DNA of 62,934 nucleotides, counting the filler. It is 7 parts of 7 records of this genome, joined end to end, with 100 filler letters (N's around TTAATTAATTAA, not from the genome) between each part and the next. Parts side by side here need not be neighbours in the genome. Positions count along the whole stretch, not along the records: positions 17,646 to 24,741 come from SRR31156797_30737; positions 24,842 to 30,576 come from SRR31156797_30744; 5 more parts are not named here. One strand, 5' to 3'. Both the position numbers and the translations under genes were made by a program. Positions 19,108 through 29,823 of the stretch are shown here, one piece after another (within the stretch, counting starts at the first letter, position 1; each line of letters begins with the position of its first letter). The notes beneath the pieces were generated by a model. That model made no database searches and was not told the DNA's origin. It worked only from the letters and a program-made list of their open reading frames with translations.

Positions 19108-21522
19108 ATGTCCACCTGGACCCTTACCTACCAAGGATTCGATCCCGAGGAAGAGCGCCTTCGCGAAGCGCTCTGCGTTCTCGGCAACGGCTATTTCTGC
19201 ACCCGTGGCGCCGCCGAATGGGCCGACGCCTTTGAAAACACGCACTACCCCGGGACCTATGTCGCCGGCGGGTACAACCGGCTGATCACCGAAATCTCGG
19301 GCCGACCGGTCGACAACGAAGATCTCGTCAATCTGCCGAATTGGCTATGCCTGTCCTTTCGGATCGGCGGCGGCGACTGGTTCGATCTTTCGAAAGTCGA
19401 AATTCAGTCCTACCGACAGGAACTGAATGTCCGCGAAGGTGTCCTGACACGCACGTTGCGGGTGCGCGATGCGGAAGGTCGTGAAACCACGATCAGCAGC
19501 CGACGCATGGTCAGCATGGCGAAACCGCATCTGGCCGGCATCGAGATGACGATTACGCCGAAGAACTGGTCGGGGCGCCTTGATATTCGATCCGCGCTCG
19601 ATGGCCGGGTTATCAACTACGGCGTTGCCCGGTATCGGGAGCTGAACAGCGAGCACTTGATCAAGCTCGATTCAGGGTATGAAGAAGACGGTCGAATCTA
19701 CGTTCTTGTCGAGACCAACCAAAGCGGCCTGAAGGTCGCGGAAGCGGCGCGGACACGTCTTTTCGACGGCGCCGGGAATGCGATCGATTCCGCCGTCGAG
19801 ACCGCTGTCGAAGATGGATATGTCAGCCAAATACACGGGGTCGACGCCATCGAAGGCGAATCGGTGACGGTTGAAAAGATCGTCGCGCTATACACATCCC
19901 GGGATCGGGCCATTTCGCATCCGCTCGGAGAAGCCATCGAAAGCGCCAAACGGGCGGCCGGATTTGCCGAACTGTTGCGGGCCCACAAGGTCGCGTGGAA
20001 ACAGTTATGGCGACGCTGCGATGTGGTGCTGGATCAGGAGCGGCAGCGGGTCCAGATGATTCTGCGCGTTCACATCTTCCACCTGTTGCAGACGGCATCG
20101 CGCAATACGGTCGATCTCGATGTCGGCATTCCGGCTCGGGGTTGGCACGGCGAGGCCTACCGCGGCCACATTTTCTGGGACGAGCTTTACATCTTCCCGT
20201 TCCTGAACTTCAACCTGCCGGAACTGACGCATTCTCTGTTGCGCTATCGCTTCCGGCGATTGGATGAGGCGCGCGCCGGCGCCGCCGAGGCCGGATACAA
20301 GGGCGCCATGTTCCCATGGCAAAGCGGCGCCAACGGCCGCGAAGAAACCCAATCCATGCACCTGAACCCGAAGTCGGGACGGTGGCTGCCGGACCTAAGC
20401 CGCAACCAGCGGCATGTCAATATCGCCATTTCCTACAATGTCTGGCAGTACTGGCAGGCCACCGGCAACGACGGTTTCATGTCCATATTCGGGGCCGAGC
20501 TTCTGTTCGAGATCTGCCGCTTCTGGGCCAGCATCGCTCATTTCAATCCCGAACGCGGCAAATTCGAAATTCACGGCGTCATGGGACCCGACGAATATCA
20601 CGAAGAGTTCCCGGGCAGCGACGAAGTCGGTCTGCGCAACAACGCCTACACCAATGTCATGGTTGCCTGGTGTATGGATTGCGCCTTGCACGTTCTGGAT
20701 TCCCTTTTGCCTTATCGTCGGGACGAACTTCGCGAAACCCTGGATTTGACCGACGACGAAATCTCGCTTTGGACCGACATGAGCCGCAAGTTGTACATAC
20801 CGTTCCACGACGACGGCATCGTCAGCCAATTCGAAGGATACGGCGACCTCAAGGAATTCGACTGGGAAGGCTACCGTAAGAAATACGGCAACATCGCCCG
20901 TCTCGACCGCATTCTCGAGGCCGAGGGCGATTCCTCCAACAACTACAAGCTTTCGAAGCAGGCCGACGTCCTGATGCTGTTCTACCTGTTCTCGGAGGAA
21001 GAGGTCGGCCGGATCCTGGCGCAGCTGGGTTACGAGATCGATGCGGCGGGCATCCGCAAAAATATCGACTACTATTCGGCCCGCACCTCGCACGGCTCAA
21101 CACTGAGCAACCTTGTGCAGTCGGCGGTTACCGCCCGCTACGATCGCGAGACCTCCTGGAAAACCTTTTGTGAAGCGCTGGAAAGCGATATCTCCGACGT
21201 TCAGGGCGGCACCACCACGGAAGGAATCCACCTGGGCGCCATGGCCGGAACGGTCGATCTGGTTCAGCGCGTCTATTCCGGGCTGGAAATCCGCGACGGC
21301 GTTCTTTTCTTCAATCCGCGCATACCCGATCAGTTGGGATCGCTCAGTCTCGGATTGCGCTATCGCGGCACCTGGATGGATGTGCAGATCACCAATACGG
21401 AACTGTCCATTTCGCCACGGGCGGATCAGCGAACGGAACCGATCAAAATCGGCGTCGTCGACAAGGTCTATTTCCTGAAACCGGGTGTCAAACGGGTTTT
21501 CCACCTGAACGACATCGATTGA
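19108..21522 (+). CDS. GH65 family phosphorylase (trehalose/trehalose-6-phosphate phosphorylase-like)
   Basis: LGNGYF, GEAYRGHIFWDE, GPDEYHE, KQADV, HGSTLS. Confidence 0.93.
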   Translation: MSTWTLTYQGFDPEEERLREALCVLGNGYFCTRGAAEWADAFENTHYPGTYVAGGYNRLITEISGRPVDNEDLVNLPNWLCLSFRIGGGDWFDLSKVEIQSYRQELNVREGVLTRTLRVRDAEGRETTISSRRMVSMAKPHLAGIEMTITPKNWSGRLDIRSALDGRVINYGVARYRELNSEHLIKLDSGYEEDGRIYVLVETNQSGLKVAEAARTRLFDGAGNAIDSAVETAVEDGYVSQIHGVDAIEGESVTVEKIVALYTSRDRAISHPLGEAIESAKRAAGFAELLRAHKVAWKQLWRRCDVVLDQERQRVQMILRVHIFHLLQTASRNTVDLDVGIPARGWHGEAYRGHIFWDELYIFPFLNFNLPELTHSLLRYRFRRLDEARAGAAEAGYKGAMFPWQSGANGREETQSMHLNPKSGRWLPDLSRNQRHVNIAISYNVWQYWQATGNDGFMSIFGAELLFEICRFWASIAHFNPERGKFEIHGVMGPDEYHEEFPGSDEVGLRNNAYTNVMVAWCMDCALHVLDSLLPYRRDELRETLDLTDDEISLWTDMSRKLYIPFHDDGIVSQFEGYGDLKEFDWEGYRKKYGNIARLDRILEAEGDSSNNYKLSKQADVLMLFYLFSEEEVGRILAQLGYEIDAAGIRKNIDYYSARTSHGSTLSNLVQSAVTARYDRETSWKTFCEALESDISDVQGGTTTEGIHLGAMAGTVDLVQRVYSGLEIRDGVLFFNPRIPDQLGSLSLGLRYRGTWMDVQITNTELSISPRADQRTEPIKIGVVDKVYFLKPGVKRVFHLNDID

Positions 21523-21606
21523 TCTTTGACGGGGGGTTGCGATAGGGACGGCACCGGCCCATTATCGCGCCCCCTTCTCACCAAGCAGCTCACAGGAAAC
21601 AACTTA

Positions 21607-22002
21607 ATGCCGGGAGTTTTGGTCGAGGTCGCGGTTTCGGCCGGCGAGCTCATCGATAAAATCACCGTTCTTCAGATCAAGGCCGAACGCATTTCGGACC
21701 CCGCCAAGGTCGAAAACGTTCGCAACGAATTGAAGGTCCTATCGGCGGCCCGCGATACGGCGCTTCCGGCGTCGGAAGAACTGGACGCCTTGGCGGCCCG
21801 ACTGCGCGAGATCAACGAATCCCTGTGGCAGATCGAAGACGATATCCGCGATTGCGAACGGGCCAAGGATTTTGGCCGGCGCTTTATCGAATTGGCCCGA
21901 TCCGTCTACGTGACGAACGATCAACGTGCCGAGATCAAACGCGAGATCAACGGATTGCTTGGCTCCGAGTTGGTCGAGGAAAAATCCTACGCCCCTTATT
22001 AA
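21607..22002 (+). CDS. DUF6165-like protein
   Basis: GELIDKITVLQIK, LWQIEDDIR, FIELARSVYVTNDQR, EEKSY. Confidence 0.8.
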   Translation: MPGVLVEVAVSAGELIDKITVLQIKAERISDPAKVENVRNELKVLSAARDTALPASEELDALAARLREINESLWQIEDDIRDCERAKDFGRRFIELARSVYVTNDQRAEIKREINGLLGSELVEEKSYAPY

Positions 22003-22160
22003 ATACGCACTGTCCCTCCAAATCTGCCGCCGTGGCGATGTCTTTGGTTATGCCCGTTTCCGGCGATGGTGGGCATCCCAGTTGAAAATTGTTATCATCT
22101 GATTGACCGGAAGGTTTGGGCACGGTTTTACGGCATGACCCGGTCGGGAATTGGCCGTTG

Positions 22161-23240
22161 GTGGACAGTGTTTTCAATTTCCTGAACCCGATTTCGGCGC
22201 GTGACGTCGCGGCGGCGACGTTGCTCGGCCAAATGACGCGCTACAACAATCGGGTCCTATCTCAAAAACACAATGTCGCCACGTCACAGGCCCAGGCCCG
22301 AATCAATTCGGCGAACCGCGACGCCAACGACTGGCGCGACGTTAAAGCGGACATTCAAGATACCGTTTTGTTCCTCGAAGGCCTCGTCCGGCGGATCGAT
22401 CGCATATCCGATATTTCGATGGATTTGCTGACGACAACGTTCAAGGCGGCAAACGGCGACACCATCAGCGACCTCGGATACGAAGCGACCTTCAATTCCT
22501 TTCTTCGAAGTTGGAACACCGAAGCCCAGGACCGAGGCGGCAATCTCAACCTGATCGGCAGCACGACCCAGCGTACCTACAGCTATGTCACGGATGTATC
22601 GGGAGACACCGAAACGATCGACCGATACGATTTGACGACCGGATACACAATCACCGATTCCGGCGGCAACCTGTGGCAAAAAGAGGCCGATTTCGGCCAG
22701 GTTCTCGAACAGATCGATCCCGACACCGGGGCAAAATCAGGCAAATATACGTCGATCACCGGAGGGCTTGAACTGGTCAGCCTTACCGGCGACAGCGTAA
22801 CCTTCAACATCAACGCCGGCACCGCCGACGAAGAAGAAATCTCGGGAACCTTGACGCGAACAGGCCTCGGCGTGCTGGATGCCTGGCTTTACGAGGGGTT
22901 GGCCACAACAACCGGACGCGACAACGCGGCCGCCGACCTGCATGCAGCACGGGCCACCATCAAGGCTCAACTCGCCCAATTCCAATCGGCGCTGGCAACC
23001 GCCGAATTCTACGAGGCTTCCGCCAACAACAACATCGATGCGTTCTTCGGCAGAATTGACAGCCTGACGGTCGGTTTGGCTCTGGAACTGCAGGAAATCC
23101 AGGACGACGTGGGCCGCGCCGGCAGCACCCATGTATTGCTTATCAATCAGGCTCAATTGGTCCGCGACGAATATCTGAAGGCTTTTTCACTGGGCGCATC
23201 CAGGGGGGTTGCGAAGGCCCTCGTCGACATACTCATTTGA
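22161..23240 (+). CDS. Hypothetical protein with divergent flagellin/FlgL-like helical termini
   Basis: IQD...FKAANG...NLIG resembles the flagellin N-domain; DLHAARATIKAQLAQF resembles the C-domain; Thr/Gly-rich centre; start uncertain (GTG 22161). Confidence 0.5.
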   Translation: MDSVFNFLNPISARDVAAATLLGQMTRYNNRVLSQKHNVATSQAQARINSANRDANDWRDVKADIQDTVLFLEGLVRRIDRISDISMDLLTTTFKAANGDTISDLGYEATFNSFLRSWNTEAQDRGGNLNLIGSTTQRTYSYVTDVSGDTETIDRYDLTTGYTITDSGGNLWQKEADFGQVLEQIDPDTGAKSGKYTSITGGLELVSLTGDSVTFNINAGTADEEEISGTLTRTGLGVLDAWLYEGLATTTGRDNAAADLHAARATIKAQLAQFQSALATAEFYEASANNNIDAFFGRIDSLTVGLALELQEIQDDVGRAGSTHVLLINQAQLVRDEYLKAFSLGASRGVAKALVDILI

Positions 23241-23440
23241 CCCGTTGAACGGGCCGGCGCGGGATTCAAACGACATTCGACCGCCCCGCCCAAACTTCCG
23301 TCACCGGCCTCGATCGCACCTTCGGAATAAATTGCTTCCTTCCGGGTTTCGCGGGCGATGGCGACCTTTTATAAATGAACCGCCGCAATATGACCTGGAG
23401 AGGTCAGCGCAACGAATCAGTCCGGGGAGGAGAAACAGAA

Positions 23441-24475
23441 ATGTCGGCAACAGGGTCAATCCGTTTCGGTGTCATCGGCGTCAACCATTATCATATCTTC
23501 GGGCAGGTCAACTGTTTGCTGGATGCCGGTGCCGAATTGGTGGCGGTCGACCTGACGGGTGGCGAGCCGCATATCGTCAAACAGTTCCAGGCGGACTTTC
23601 CGCAGGCTCGCGTCGTCGGCGACAGGGCCAAAATCCTCGAAGACCCGTCGATCCAACTGATCGTCGGTGCCGCCATCCCATATCAGCGCGCGGCCCTCGG
23701 CATCGAGGTCATGCGGCATGGCAAGGACTATATGAGCGACAAGGGCGGCTTCACCACGCTGGAGCAGCTGGCCGAAGCCCGTGCCGTTCAAAAGGAAACG
23801 GGACGGATCTATTCGATCTGCTTTTCCGAACGGTTCGAAAACCGCTCGACGGTCAAGGCGGCCGAACTGGTACGAAGCGGCGCCATCGGTCGCGTCATTC
23901 AGACCGTCGGCCTGGGTCCGCACGCATTGCACAACCAGCCGCGACCCGACTGGTTTTTCCGGAAACTGGAAACGGGCGGCATCCTGGCCGACATCGCATC
24001 GCATCAGGTCGACCAGTTCCTCTATTTCACCGGATCGTCAAATGCCGAAGTCGTTTCCAGCCAGGTCGCCAACCACAACAACCCCGACCATCCGGAATTC
24101 GAAGACTTCGGCGAAATCGTCCTGAACGGGAACGACGCCACCGGCTATATCCGGGTCGACTGGTTCACACCCGACGGTCTCGGTGTGTGGGGCGACGGCC
24201 GCCTGTTCGTGCTCGGAACCGAAGGCTACATCGAGCTACGCAAATACATCGATATCGACGGCAAACCGAATCCAAACCACTTATTCATGGTCGACAAGAC
24301 AGGCATTCGGCACATCGACTGCAACAACGTCGAACTGCCTTACGGCCGGCAACTGATCGACGATGTGCTCAACCGGACCGAGACCGCGATGGAACAGGAT
24401 CACTGTTTCCTCGCCTCGCGCCTGTGCCTTGAGGCGGAGGCGCGAGCCAACCGGCTGGGAAACCTCTCCGACTAG
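23441..24475 (+). CDS. Gfo/Idh/MocA family oxidoreductase
   Basis: FGVIGVNHYHI, GKDYMSDK, GGILADIASHQ; GAGGAG SD. Confidence 0.9.
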   Translation: MSATGSIRFGVIGVNHYHIFGQVNCLLDAGAELVAVDLTGGEPHIVKQFQADFPQARVVGDRAKILEDPSIQLIVGAAIPYQRAALGIEVMRHGKDYMSDKGGFTTLEQLAEARAVQKETGRIYSICFSERFENRSTVKAAELVRSGAIGRVIQTVGLGPHALHNQPRPDWFFRKLETGGILADIASHQVDQFLYFTGSSNAEVVSSQVANHNNPDHPEFEDFGEIVLNGNDATGYIRVDWFTPDGLGVWGDGRLFVLGTEGYIELRKYIDIDGKPNPNHLFMVDKTGIRHIDCNNVELPYGRQLIDDVLNRTETAMEQDHCFLASRLCLEAEARANRLGNLSD

Positions 24476-24741
24476 CGGCGGTCGATCCGAACGGCCATCA
24501 ATCTTCATTGGCCAATTCGCCTTCGGCCGCCTCTATCGGCTTCAGCCCGATATGGGAAGCGAGAAACTCGACCGCGGCGGTTTTATCGGTTTGATTTAAT
24601 TCGGCACCGTATTCCGTTTCCATACGCATCAGAACGTTTTGCCATGCGCCAAAAGATCGTGGTGCGGCTTCGCTGATTTCTTGCCAACCGCCATCGGGAA
24701 GGCGTGGGTGGCATTCAACGCAAATTTGGTTGAGGACGGGG

Positions 24742-24841
24742 NNNNNNNNNNNNNNNNNNNNNNNNNNNNNNNNNNNNNNNNNNNNTTAATTAATTAANNN
24801 NNNNNNNNNNNNNNNNNNNNNNNNNNNNNNNNNNNNNNNNN
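24742..24841. other. Artificial contig spacer
   Basis: N run + TTAATTAATTAA + N run. Confidence 0.99.
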
Positions 24842-25874
24842 TATTGTACCAGGTATCAAACTCAATATGGAAGGCTTTAATGTCAAGTGCACCGCTACTG
24901 CTACAGTAATCTCCTGCAACGCCATATCCCAGACAACCGCCAGTGTTCGTTGCATTTACATAATCAGACAGAGAAACGGTGTTATCAGCATCATAAACTG
25001 TCATTGCAAAACCGTCAGCACCATGTAAAGGAGGTGTCGGCTGCCCTGTTCTTATATCAATTTTCATCGTTATATCGCCCGGAGAGAGTTTTAACTCATT
25101 ATTGTATATAGCTCCCTGCTTATTGATCACATTTCCTGTTAATTCCAGCCAACCGTTCGTAGAATCTGAATCATGATAGGAATCTTTCGTGATCACCCAC
25201 CCTTCACCAAGAGCAGCTGTATCAAAGGTCTGAACTTTACCATATCGGTATGTACAAACACCCATAATGAGATCTTTTGAAGAAACTTCATTTGAATCCG
25301 GATCAACAGCAACTGCTGTAACAGTGTAATATTTAGCTTCACTCTCGCTGAAGGAATGTGAAAACTGTGAAACGCCTGAAGCATCGGCTTTTTTCTCATC
25401 AAGCACAACCGAAGCTGTGCCGTCATCGAACATCCATTTTACAGTGATCTGATCAGTCGAATATTTAGTGTCTGTAACTTTTGCCAAAAAAGTAATATTT
25501 GTACCTGCCTCATATACAACTGAGGTGGAAGGAACAGTTATTTCAACCTTAAAATCTCTAAAATCGGCATCATTGATCTCATCTTCATCAACATTTTCAT
25601 CATGCACAATATCCTTATCTTCAGCACTGTCCTGATCTTCATAATTGTCAACATCTACTTCTTCAAGATCGTTTCCCAAACTATCCTGATCCGCATTTTT
25701 ATCATTTTTCTGCTGTTCATCGTTATAAACATCATCCGGCAACTCTGAATCATTGTTGTTGTCATACATTCCCTGAGAATCAAAATCTATTGCGTATTTT
25801 TTGTTCTCATTTTCACATGATATTAATAGAAACAACGCTAAAAGCATCCCCATAGCAACAAGGCTTTCTTTCAT
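24842..25874 (-). CDS. Lipoprotein with Asp-rich linker, Ig/PKD-like domain and L-type (legume) lectin domain (3' truncated)
   Basis: LISC lipobox, D/E-rich stretch, GADGFA and HIEFDTW legume-lectin motifs. Confidence 0.75.
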
Positions 25875-26013
25875 CTTTTCCTCCAATTTTCAGCTCGAAA
25901 ACTATTTTAACATTATTTGCTTAAAGCGCAAATGATCTTTTATTGTCAAAGTTTTTGACTAACTGTTTAGAAAAGGATACAATTGAAACGTCAAATCAAA
26001 ATGGGGAGAATGT

Positions 26014-27909
26014 ATGAATCGCAGATCATTAAAGATCCTCTTAGTTGAAGATGATCCCGGGGATGCTGAACTCACAAAAGAATTTCTTCTTGACGGTTCA
26101 ACAGTTTTTGAAATTGAAAATGTAACCCACCTTTCGCAAGCCATTGAAATGATTGACCAGGAAAGATTTGATGCTATTCTCCTTGATCTTGGACTTCCGG
26201 ACAGTCAGGGTATTGAAACAATACGGTCTATGAGAAAAAATGCGAAAAACATTCCTATAGTTGTACAAACTGGAAATAACGACGGAAAAATAGGCATTGA
26301 AGCAATTAAAGAAGGTGCTCAGGATTTTGTTGTAAAAGGAGAAACCAGTGGGGATGCTCTTTCAAGAATCCTCAGCTTTGCAATTGAAAGAAGTTATTAC
26401 AATAAAAGGCTAAAAGAAAGCGAACAGGCCATATCTACCTTGCTGGAAGCCGTTGAGATCGGAATTATAGTTGTTGATACAAAAACAAGAAAGATCAAAA
26501 TAGCAAATCCTTATGCCTGCTCTCTTTTTGAAAGGGAAAAAACACAGATCGAAGGCAGGGTTTGCCATAACTTCATATGCCCTTCTGAAGTTGGCAAATG
26601 TCCTATACTTGATCTTGGACAATCTGTGGATAAATCTGAACGGGAACTCATTAAAAATGATAAGAGTAAATCTACAGTTCTTAAATCAGTCTCTGAGATT
26701 AACCTTGATGGTGAAAAACATCTTTTAGAAGTGTTTGTTGATATAACAGACAGAAAAATTGCTGAAGAAAACAACTTAAAACTCCTTTTTCAGGTTGAAC
26801 ATAACGAAAAACTTGAATCACTAGGTGTTCTTGCTGGTGGTATCGCCCATGATTTCAACAATCTTCTTGCCGGTCTTTTTGGATATATTGAGTTAACTCA
26901 GAACTCTTGTCAAGACAATGAAACTGCTTTGAATTATCTTGAGAAATCCCTTTCAGTTTTTAAGCGGGCCAAAGACCTTACCCAACAGCTTTTAACCTTT
27001 TCAAAGGGAGGAGCTCCTGTCTTAGAGACAGGGGACATTTCTTCTGTTCTAAAAGATAGTGCTGCATTTGTTCTTTCGGGATCATCTGTTGAGTGTATCT
27101 ATGATATTAACAGAAACTTGGACCTCTGTGATTTTGATGAAAATCAGCTAAGTCAGGTTGTTAACAATATTGTAATCAATGCACAACATGCAATGCCGGC
27201 AGGTGGTAAAATCAAGATATGCGCAGACAACATATTTTTAAGAGAGAATGAAGTCTCTTCACTTAAAAAAGGTAACTTTATCAAGATCTCAATTTCTGAT
27301 TCAGGAATAGGTGTCCCACCTGAAATGCTTAACAAAATATTCGACCCTTTTTTTACAACGAAACAAAAGGGTAGCGGACTTGGTCTTGCAACATGCTACT
27401 CTATAATAACTAAGCATCGAGGATTTATTGAAGTTGAATCAATTATCGGCGATGGAACCACTTTTCACATTTACCTACCTTCATCGGACAGAAAATTGAA
27501 AACTAATATAGAAACTTTGGAAAAGAATCATCATGGAAGTGGAATGTTTCTGGTAATGGATGATGAAGTTTTTATTAGAGAAGTAGTTGGAGAAATGCTC
27601 GAAACATTTGGATACACAGTTGTTTTTGCCAAAAGCGGAGAGCAGGCAATATCTATATGCAAACGAATGGATAGTGATGGAGAAATCGTTAAAGGCGCGA
27701 TCCTGGACCTTACTATTCCAGGAGGAATGGGTGGAAAAGAGACTATTCCTCATTTGAAAGAAATCTTCTCCGGCATCAAACTTTTTGCAGCAAGCGGATA
27801 TTCAAATGATCCTGTTATCTCAGACCCTGTAAAATATGGTTTTACGGGAAGTCTGAGAAAACCGTTTAGAATAAATAAACTTGCAGAGAATTTAAACGTA
27901 CACCTATAA
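26014..27909 (+). CDS. Hybrid histidine kinase REC-PAS-HisKA-HATPase-REC
   Basis: N-terminal LVEDD REC, AHDFNNLL, FTTKQKGSGLGL, C-terminal VMDDE REC. Confidence 0.95.
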   Translation: MNRRSLKILLVEDDPGDAELTKEFLLDGSTVFEIENVTHLSQAIEMIDQERFDAILLDLGLPDSQGIETIRSMRKNAKNIPIVVQTGNNDGKIGIEAIKEGAQDFVVKGETSGDALSRILSFAIERSYYNKRLKESEQAISTLLEAVEIGIIVVDTKTRKIKIANPYACSLFEREKTQIEGRVCHNFICPSEVGKCPILDLGQSVDKSERELIKNDKSKSTVLKSVSEINLDGEKHLLEVFVDITDRKIAEENNLKLLFQVEHNEKLESLGVLAGGIAHDFNNLLAGLFGYIELTQNSCQDNETALNYLEKSLSVFKRAKDLTQQLLTFSKGGAPVLETGDISSVLKDSAAFVLSGSSVECIYDINRNLDLCDFDENQLSQVVNNIVINAQHAMPAGGKIKICADNIFLRENEVSSLKKGNFIKISISDSGIGVPPEMLNKIFDPFFTTKQKGSGLGLATCYSIITKHRGFIEVESIIGDGTTFHIYLPSSDRKLKTNIETLEKNHHGSGMFLVMDDEVFIREVVGEMLETFGYTVVFAKSGEQAISICKRMDSDGEIVKGAILDLTIPGGMGGKETIPHLKEIFSGIKLFAASGYSNDPVISDPVKYGFTGSLRKPFRINKLAENLNVHL

Positions 27910-27928
27910 CACCTAAAAGGGTATAAAT

Positions 27929-29299
27929 ATGAACTTAATAAAACCTAAAAAAGATCAGAAAAACATCAAAAACATTTTTAATATAGAAAGACTTCAGCAT
28001 CTAATGCAAAAATTCACTGATGCAACTCAAACTCCAACGGCTTTTATTGATCTTGATGGTGAAGTTCTTGTTGCTTCCGGTTGGCAGGATATCTGTACTA
28101 AATTTTACCGTACCCACCCTGAATCCTGCAAGAACTGTATTGAAAGTGATACTGCCATTGCAAACAGTCTTAAAGAAGGAAATAAAAGTAATCTGTACAG
28201 GTGTTTGAATGGTCTGACAGATGTTGCGGTTCCCATTATTATTGATGGACAACACATGGCTAATCTTTTCATTGGTCAGTTTCTGCTTGAAAAACCTGAT
28301 AAAAACTTTTTTATTTCTCAGGCGGCAAAATACGGTTTTAATGAAAAAGAGTTCATGTCTGCACTTGAAAAAGTTCCAATCCTTTCAGAAGAAGACGTAA
28401 AAAGCAAGATCGACTTTCTAACAGAACTATCTGATATGATTAGTGATATGGGTCTGAACAGATTGAAACTCATTGAATTTAATGAAACTCTTGAGAAAAG
28501 AGTTGAGGAAGGAGTTAAAGAGGCAAAGCATCTGCAAATTAAAGCAGAAGAATCAAAAGCTGAAGCAGAAAAAGCAAATAAAGTTCTTGATAAAATGATG
28601 GAAAGTCTCAAAGAGTCTAATGAGCAACTTGAGAGATTTGCCTATATTGCTTCACATGACCTTCAGGAACCTCTTAGAAAAGTAAATAGTTTTACTCAGC
28701 TTTTTGCAAAAAGGTATGCTGATGTTGTTGATGAGAAAGGGAAAAAATATATCCACTACATCACTGATGGAACTGTTAGGATGCAGCAACTAATCTCAGA
28801 TCTTCTAGAGTTTTCAAGGATAAACACTCAGGGAAAAGCTTTTGTCAAAGTGAATACAGAATCTATTGTAGATGATATCATTGAACTTTATGCTCAGAAA
28901 CTGGAAAAAATTAAAGGATCTGTTTCTTACTCAAAGTTACCAATCATTGTTGCGGATGAAACTCAGCTTTCGATGCTTTTCCAGAACCTGATTGGGAACG
29001 CTATGAAATTCAGCAGAGAAACGGAACATCCAAAGATCAGAATCTCAGCTGAAGAATCTAAAAAGGACTGGATTTTTATGATAGAAGATAATGGTATTGG
29101 AATAGAAGAGAAATACAAAGATAGAATATTCGTTATCTTCCAGAGACTTCACACCCAGGAAGCCTATAAAGGAACTGGAATTGGACTTGCTCTTTGTAAA
29201 CAGATAGTGAATAGGCACGGTGGAACAATTTCTTTTGATTCAACTGTCGGAAAAGGAACAACTTTTAAATTTACGATACCTAAGGAGGCAAAGCTATGA
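27929..29299 (+). CDS. PocR-domain sensor histidine kinase (Cph1-type HisKA)
   Basis: WQDICTKFYR...CIESD...YRCLNGL PocR pattern; ASHDLQEPLR; FQRLH; GTGIGL. Confidence 0.9.
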   Translation: MNLIKPKKDQKNIKNIFNIERLQHLMQKFTDATQTPTAFIDLDGEVLVASGWQDICTKFYRTHPESCKNCIESDTAIANSLKEGNKSNLYRCLNGLTDVAVPIIIDGQHMANLFIGQFLLEKPDKNFFISQAAKYGFNEKEFMSALEKVPILSEEDVKSKIDFLTELSDMISDMGLNRLKLIEFNETLEKRVEEGVKEAKHLQIKAEESKAEAEKANKVLDKMMESLKESNEQLERFAYIASHDLQEPLRKVNSFTQLFAKRYADVVDEKGKKYIHYITDGTVRMQQLISDLLEFSRINTQGKAFVKVNTESIVDDIIELYAQKLEKIKGSVSYSKLPIIVADETQLSMLFQNLIGNAMKFSRETEHPKIRISAEESKKDWIFMIEDNGIGIEEKYKDRIFVIFQRLHTQEAYKGTGIGLALCKQIVNRHGGTISFDSTVGKGTTFKFTIPKEAKL

Positions 29300-29733
29300 A
29301 CAAAAATGGATTTCTAAAAATTCTTCTTGTAGATGATGACCCGGGAGATGTAGAGTTAACCAAAGAAATGCTGGCAGACTCTAAACTTAAACTTGACCTA
29401 TATACAGTTGAAGACGGTGTTTTTGCCATGGAGTTCTTAAGAAAAGAGGGCGAGTTTAAAGAAGCTCCGACACCGGACCTTGTTTTTCTTGATCTTAATA
29501 TGCCAAGAAAAGATGGAAGAGAAACTCTTCAGGAAATAAAGAGCGATCCGGATCTTAGGCACATTCCAATTGTTATTCTTACAACTTCAGATTCAAATGT
29601 TGATGTTGTAAAAAGTTATGCAACAGGAGCAAACTGTTATGTAAAAAAACCTGTTGGTCTAAATGAGTTTCAAAAGGTTGTTTCAGCAATTGAGCACTTC
29701 TGGTTTACGGTCGTGAAACTTCCAAAAAAGTAA
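29296..29733 (+). CDS. Single-domain response regulator (Rcp1-like)
   Basis: PDLVFLDLNMPRKDG, ILTTS, GANCYVKKP; 4-bp overlap with the kinase gene. Confidence 0.93.
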   Translation: MNKNGFLKILLVDDDPGDVELTKEMLADSKLKLDLYTVEDGVFAMEFLRKEGEFKEAPTPDLVFLDLNMPRKDGRETLQEIKSDPDLRHIPIVILTTSDSNVDVVKSYATGANCYVKKPVGLNEFQKVVSAIEHFWFTVVKLPKK

Positions 29734-29823
29734 GATTGTCTCTTAGAAAAAACCCTACTGTCTTGCAATTTATTTTTTATCAACTATCTTTCGTTTTGTC
29801 ACCATCTATTATGGAGTTTTAGA

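Noticed and set aside
22116-22134. sigma54 promoter for the flagellin-like gene (GGCACG)
   Set aside because: The -12 element reads TACG rather than TTGC at the required spacing.
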